A DNA stretch of 64,000 nucleotides from Eledone cirrhosa. Lineage: Eukaryota. The stretch is from contig OZ024741.1 in assembly GCA_964016885.1 (NCBI GenBank), positions 234,546,001 through 234,610,000 on the forward strand. The letters are read 5' to 3'. Made by a program: the position numbers and the translations under genes. The stretch's first letter is position 1; each line of letters starts with the position of its first letter. This document shows positions 57,396 to 64,000 of this stretch, piece after piece. The notes beneath the pieces are model-generated. The model was not told the DNA's origin. It did no database searches and was given only the letters and a program-made list of their open reading frames with translations.

Positions 57396-58267
57396 TCTAA
57401 TATATATTTGTGAAATTTGTGGTGGTTGAAATTCAGATGTGCACGGTTAAATGGTAGTAGACATGGTCGGACGGACATGAAAATTTACACACCTATGTAA
57501 AAAGTGCCAAGGAAGCAAATAGACGAGGTTTCAAATCTCTAACTTGAAAAATGTGGTCCCTGAGGCCCCCAAACGGTCTATTTACTATCACGTTCGGTGA
57601 GTTATTTCCCCCTGTTCTAATACTTGGATGAGTTATTTACAATTTCATACAAATTTTTAAACTCATCAACGTTCTTTCGCTGTTAACATACAGTACCAAT
57701 AATTTGAAAAATATTATTGAAAGTTTATTATAAAGAAGCAGTTTCAGGAAAAAAAATAGAAATATGCACTTGGGGCTGGACGGCGTACAATGAGAAGTGG
57801 AGCGACGTGAAAAGCGTTGTTTATTAACAGCGAAATAGCAATGTCGATGATATGCAAGTTTGAAAATGCAGATTAATAAACTGTTGCCTTCTACAGTACA
57901 TTTCATTTTCACAGTACCGTTTTATGAAATCGATTCTGCAGTACAGTCACTGTTTTCCATCAAAAGAAATAAAACCCTTAAATTGCGAAGAAGGGATGTG
58001 TGTTTTTATTTTAATTCTAATACATGTTAACCACCACTAACAGTAAGTAGTATTTTTCAAATTGCATATCATCGACATTGCTATTTCGCTGTTAATAAAC
58101 AACGCTTTTCACATCGTTCCACTTCTCATTGTACGCCGTCCAGCCCCAAGTCCATATTTCTATTATTTTTCCTGAAACTGCTTCTTTACAATAAACTTTC
58201 AATAATATTTTTCAAATTATTAACTTAATAAAATGTGCCCCCGGGTGCAACCGGGCTCAGCTGCTAG
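57396..58267 (+). mobile_element. Non-autonomous Helitron with an internal about 170-bp inverted repeat
   Basis: A|TCTAATATATA start; 3' hairpin CCCGG gtgcaa CCGGG then CTAG|T; arms 57698-57866 and 58053-58221. Confidence 0.72.
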
Positions 58268-58742
58268 TTTTATATATAGTGAGAAAAGTTCAAAAATTCC
58301 ACATCAGTTAATTTTTTGAAAAGTTTATTGTTTTCACCTCCATCATAAGATAAAATAGGTTTCACTGGTTGTGAAAATATTTATGATAAAGAAGAAAGTG
58401 TACTGAAATTCTTTTCTATGATAGAAATTGAATGTACATTTATCTTTTATAGAACCTCTTCATATTTTCTGTAATTATACACATGCATGCATACATACAT
58501 ACATACATAAAGTGCCTCCAAATTAAAACACAACTGGCCTGATATTATTGTTTAGGACCACAGATTAAAAACTTGCTCTGTTGTAGAAGTCAGCCTCACA
58601 CTCAATGTTTATGTAGAGAAGGAGGATATTTACAGACTTTTCAAAGCTTGCTGAACACACAAGCCAAAACCGGTCGGGATTTTACACATCTCTATACCCA
58701 CTCAACATCTCCCCTTAGTGGTCTTGTCGGTCTTAGCACCGC

Positions 58743-58782
<40 letters not shown>

Positions 58783-58783
<1 letters not shown>

Positions 58784-59001
58784 ATATTATGTATGAGATA
58801 ATGAAGTTTCACTTTAAAATGTTTTATTTCATATTGAATGTTACATATGTTTCACAGATGATTGGCTCAAGGTCTTTTATTGTTATGGTAGACCTGACAT
58901 GTGAATTGACCTACTCATCAGATGTGTGGACTCAAATCAAAACATTTTCATGCAATAAAAACATTTTGAAGTGAAACTTCGTTATCGCAAGCATAATATA
59001 T
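58783..59001. mobile_element. MITE with about 45-bp terminal inverted repeats
   Basis: TATATTATGTATGAGATAATGAAGTTTCACTTTAAAATGTTTT vs AAAACATTTTGAAGTGAAACTTCGTTATCGCAAGCATAATATA. Confidence 0.7.
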
Positions 59002-60712
59002 ACATTCCACTAATTAGAAGCATGCAACACACAGACACAACAATAAGTATAAACGTCCTTAAGAATTGCCCTGTTCTAATAATAGCATTGGGTGCTCATA
59101 CTGGTGCCACCTCTAGTAATCAACAAAATTACTGAATAACCTACACTGTATCATCATCATCACCATTTAACGTCCATTTTCCACACTGGTATGGGTTGGA
59201 CAAGTTATCCTGTTGTGAGCAATACCAGACCAAGTGACCATGACTTTCTCATACAGAACCGATTTCTGGCTTGGTTTTTACAGCTGGATGTCCTTCCTAG
59301 CACCAATTTCATTTACAAGTGAGTTTTGGGTGCTTTTTGTTATTCAAATATAACTATGTAACAGCCACCAGATTGCTTCCATGTTATATAACGTTGATCA
59401 AACATAAAGAATCCTTAGAGGTGGTAGTGATGGTATTGTGGATAGTGTTGGTATTTGTGATGGAGATGCTGGTGATGTTGTTATTGATGATGACTCTGTA
59501 ATGATGAATATGACGACAACAACAATGATATTGATAATGATGATAATTATTTATTTTGTTCTAATAGAAATAAAAACAACAATAGCAACAACAACAATAA
59601 ACAATTCGTTAATTAGGCATGAAGCCTGAGGTGAGAAGAATTAGTAGAATTAGAGTGTCTTAGAGAAATTAAATATGGAAAAATAAATAATAATAATCAC
59701 AATAACAACAACAATAATGATAAAGAAAAAGGAGAACAAGAAATTAAATTTAATAAAAAAAAATGCTGAGGGTGGGTGAAAAAAAATATCTTCATTGTTG
59801 TGAAAGTGATGGTGTTGGTGTCAGTGATGGCAGCAGTGCTGATAGTGGCAGCCACAATGGTGTTGGGGGAATAGGAAGTGGTATTAAAGACAATTTTAAT
59901 GAGATAATAATAATTAAATGAAACGACGCATTTCATGACACAACAGATTAGACGAGCTATTAATTAGAGTGTTTTTGTATCTGCTTATTTTAAGTTGTTT
60001 TTTTTAATTTTAATCTGCAGTTAATTCTAATCCAGACTTCACATCATCCTGCAGCCAGCTACCTCAACAGCCACCCGCTGTCTCTCTCTTACACACATAG
60101 TATTTTAGTACTGTTCTTTATTCGTATGATGGCATTTGTTAGAAACAGAAATTTAAATTATATTTTAAAGTTTAAAAGAAAAGAAAGAAAATATGTTATT
60201 TCATATTTTATTTCATTCTTTTAACTCAATCTGTGAGTTCACCATTTTTATAATTGGTTATATACTCAACTTTTCCCCTCCCCCAAATTACTGGCCTGGT
60301 GCCAAATGTACAAATAATAATAATAATTATTATTATTATTATTATTATTATCATTATTATTGGCAACTCGCAGAGCAAATGCCAGCCAACAATGATTGCG
60401 CCATCTGTGGGTCTTTCTTTTATTTGTTTTCTTTTCCAAAGCAAAGAAAAATTATTATCATGATTATTACCTCTGTTTTTTTAATAACCCTTATATAGCT
60501 TGCGCCATATATGACATGCTAATCAGACTTGGACAAAGTATTTAACACTGAGAAGGAAACTGGAACACCCATTTTCATACTAGGAAAACAAAAGGGCAGA
60601 TCTCTTTAAGAATATACATATACTGTATATATCTATATATATAAAGTTGTATTCGTGTCTGTTTGTTTGTTCACAAACTACTCCTATGGTTTTCGAGATA
60701 GACCCCCCCCCC

Positions 60713-62528
60713 CATCATCATCATCATCATCATCATCATTTTACGTCCGCTTTTCCCTGCTTGCAAGGGTGGGACGAGTCTTATTCAGCACAGCATCTCT
60801 CCACTTATCACGGTCCTTCGACATCTCCACCGTGAGCTTCAGCGATCTGAGGTCTGTTCTCACCACTTCCGCCCATGTTTTTCGTGGTCTACCCCTACCA
60901 CGTCTTCCTTCAACTGGCATTTCCTGGCACTTCTTCACCCATTGGTCATCCTCCATGCGCATCACATGTCCATACCACCTCAGTCTCCTCAATCGCACAC
61001 TACATTCTATCCCTCTCAGACACAGTTTCTCTCTCAACACATCCATGCTGGGGCGTTCACACACATTTACACTGCACATCCAACGGAGCATGCTTGCCTC
61101 ATTTCTCTCCAGCCGTCACATAACCTCTGCAGTTGCTGCCCAAGTCTCACTACCATGCAGCATCGCGCTCCTCACACAGGCATCATATAACCGGCCTTTC
61201 GTATGCAGGGAGAAACCCTTCTTCGTCAGCAGAGGAAGCAGCTCCCTAAACTTCTTCCAACCTGTCCTTATTCTAGATACTATGGCCTCGGAACACCCCC
61301 TCCCATGCTAATTTGATCTCCTAGGTACCGGAAGCTATCCACCACTTCTATAGCACCCGCCTGCATTTGAAAAATGTGTCTATCAATGCGACTTCTACTG
61401 TCTAATTTCCTTGTACATCTACTGCATACATATTTCTCCCTACTTGTTAGTTTGCCTGCTATCCTACTACACCTCTTGTGTACCCAGGATCTGCATTGTG
61501 TGCATTTTATAGAATTTATGCCAGTTCCTTTTCTGCATATCGAAAATGGCCATTTCCCTGACGGAATCAGAGTTTTGTCCTCTTTTCTATTCATCAACAC
61601 TTGTCTTAGCTAGGTTCACTCTCAGTCCTCTTGCTTCCAACTGCTGTTTCCATAGCCAGAATTTATTCTCTAGCTCCTCTACTGATTCTGCTATAAGAAC
61701 CAGATCGTCAGCATAGAGAAGTTCCCATGGACAACCAGTCTTAAACTCCTCTGTTATGGCTTGGGGGACTATAATGAACAAGAGCGGGCTGAGGACCGAA
61801 CCTTGATGTACTCCTACTTGTATCTGGAATTCCTCACTAAACTCCATTCCTACCCTGACTTTACTGACATCACCTCTGTACAAAGTTTTCACTGTCCCCA
61901 CAAGCCATTCCTCAACACCTAGTTTCCTTAGGAACCACCAGGTGACAGATCGGGGTACCCTATCAAAGGCCTTCTCTAGGTCAACAAAGGCTAAGAATAG
62001 TGGCTTATTCTTCTCTAAGAACCTCTCTTGTAATTGTCTCACCAAGAAGAGGGCATCTGTTGTACTTTTCCCAGTCACAAAACCAAACTGCATCTCATCT
62101 AGTTTGACCCTTTCTCTAATTAGTTGTGCTAATATCCTTTCTGCCACTTTCATAACCTGATCCATCAGTTTTATACTCCTATAATTGCTCCTCTCCAGAG
62201 CATCCCCTTTACCTTTGTAGCAATTTATGAGAATACTGCTGCACCAGTCTTTGGGTATGACACCGCCATATATAGCCTGATTGATGATGCATGCAACCAG
62301 TTTAGTGCCTATGTCCCCTGATGCCCTCAGCATCTCAGCAACATTCCCCGAAAGTCCAGCAGCCTTACCACTTTTCATTTCCTTAATCGCCTCTTGGACC
62401 CTATATTCGTCAATCTCAATAGCTGGTCCCTCTGTCGGATCTACTGAGGGTAATTTCTCTCTCCCATTCGTTCTCCACATTCATCAGTCTCTCATAATGA
62501 TATTTCCAGGCCTCCTTTTTCTGATTAA
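60713..62528 (-). mobile_element. 5'-truncated RTE LINE with most of the RT domain (third subfamily)
   Basis: MKSGKAAG, YKGKGDALERSNYRSIKL, QFGFVTGKSTTDA, AFVDLEKAFDRVPR, GVHQGSVLSPLLF, LLYADDLVL; two frameshifts; (GAT)n tail. Confidence 0.95.
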
Positions 62529-63115
62529 CCATAACCACATATATTCTGAAACTACATTTCCCAGGGTACTTGGATAAGTATATTTCATTTTAATCGAAGG
62601 GTTCCCCGCGGGCACAAAACCTCCGGTGAAAATGTTTTTCCTTCGATTTATATGAAATTTAAAGGTAAATGACAAGATATGACGCCTATTCACAAAATTT
62701 CAGCAAATTTCAATGATACTAAGACACCCTAATGGGGGTTAAACCTCCTTTAGTGAAAACTAGCCGAATTACCCGTGCCATGCTGTGTTTCATACATTTT
62801 TTTTTTGTAAGAAAATGATGATTGATTTTAAATCAGTGATATAATTTATGGAGAAAAACTCTGCATTTCAATATTACTCAATGTAAAATGTAATGCATGA
62901 AAAATTGGAAAACATTATTTTTTGTAATATATCAAATCAAAATTACATTATTAAATCTTATTCTTATTTTGTTTCTTGTAAATCATTTTTTTCAAAATAT
63001 CAATTCAAAACTTTTGTGAATAGGCATCATATCCTGTCATTTACCTATGGTTTAAATTTCATATAAATCGAAGGGAAAACATTTTTAGCGGAGGTTTGTG
63101 CCCTCGGGGAACCCT

Positions 63116-63330
63116 AGGAACGATCGACTTTCGTCAAATCGGACCGAGGAAACAATGTTTCCGTTGGTCTTTCTAATTGCTAATACTATCTATCGGTTGC
63201 AACTCCAGGTAGAAGGAGCAACGTGAAATAAAGTGTCTTGCTCAAGGACATAACGCATCGCTTGGTCCAGGAATCGAACTCACGACCTCACGATTGCGAA
63301 TCCAATTCTCTAACCACTCAGCCACACGCC
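63116..63330 (-). mobile_element. tRNA-derived CORE-like SINE
   Basis: Reverse complement of 30102-30316 with few differences. Confidence 0.85.
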
Positions 63331-64000
63331 TTCATAGGGTTTAACCCCCATTAGGGTGTCTTACTATTATTGAAATTTGCTGAAATTTTGTGAATAGGCA
63401 TCATATCTTGTCATTTACCCATGGTTTAAATTTCATATAAATCGAAGGGGAAAACTTTCAGCGGGGGTTTTTGGCCAATAAATGGAACAAGATTTCACAA
63501 ACTCCTTCTATGGTTTTGGAGATAGACCCCACCCTCCCCCATAACCATATATATTCTGAAACTATATTGCCCAGGGTACTTGGATAAGTATATTTCATTT
63601 TAATCAAAGGGTTCCCTGGGGGTAATGGGTTCCCTGCTGAAAATGTTTTCCCTTTGATAATGTAATTTTGATTTGATATATTACAAAAAATAATGTTTTC
63701 CAATTTTTCATGCATTACATTTTACATTGTGTAATATTGAAATGCAGAGTTTTTCTCCATAAATTATATCACTGATTTAAAATCAATCATCATTTTTTTA
63801 CAAAAAAAAATGTGTGAAACACAGCAAGGCACGGGTGATTCGGCCAGTTCATATATAAACCTAAATAAGACTGTCAATCATTTTAATTTGAAAATAAACA
63901 AATCTACCCCAATCCAAAGTTGCCACGAACACAAATAAAATGCAATAACAGGTGATATATATTTATGCCAGAGGCCTGTCAATGGGGAACTCATTCCACA

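Larger units (their letters stand above)
60632..63847. mobile_element. Nested cluster of one non-autonomous Helitron family in both orientations, interrupted by an RTE and a SINE
   Basis: 5' end A|TCTATATATATAAAG at 60632; 3' ends CTAG at 62760 (minus) and CCAG at 63847 (plus), each preceded by GGCACGGG. Confidence 0.65.

Noticed and set aside
58555-60100. Possible plus-strand exons (about 58556-58675 and 60021-60100)
   Set aside because: Plausible acceptors, but weak or absent donors and unrecognisable peptides; RNA-seq would be needed.

Overview
Repeat-saturated, AT-rich animal genomic DNA. The repeat repertoire resembles octopus or another cephalopod; this is an inference from family recognition, not a database match. 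I cannot support any host protein-coding gene. Nearly all long ORFs in the track are artefacts of very long interrupted (TA)n microsatellites. The real content is a 61-copy 49-bp minisatellite, RTE, CR1-group and L1/Tx1-like LINE fragments, four Penelope-like retroelements (RT + GIY-YIG), a Gypsy LTR element with a tRNA-Trp PBS, two maT/mariner copies, non-autonomous Helitrons and tRNA-derived SINEs. The main unexpected signal is at least 10 type I hammerhead ribozyme (HHR) motifs from about 6-7 sequence families. Three families sit in non-coding tandem units of about 300, 430-460 and 591 nt, the layout expected of retrozymes (self-cleaving, circular-RNA-forming non-autonomous retroelements). 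Two intact families carry the compensatory U3-A8 core (UUGAUAA). A Neptune-like Penelope element has a candidate -1 frameshift heptamer between a coiled-coil ORF1 and the RT. Caveat: 9-48 kb is a mosaic joined at microsatellites and may be partly misassembled. Coordinates were counted by eye and may be a few nt off.
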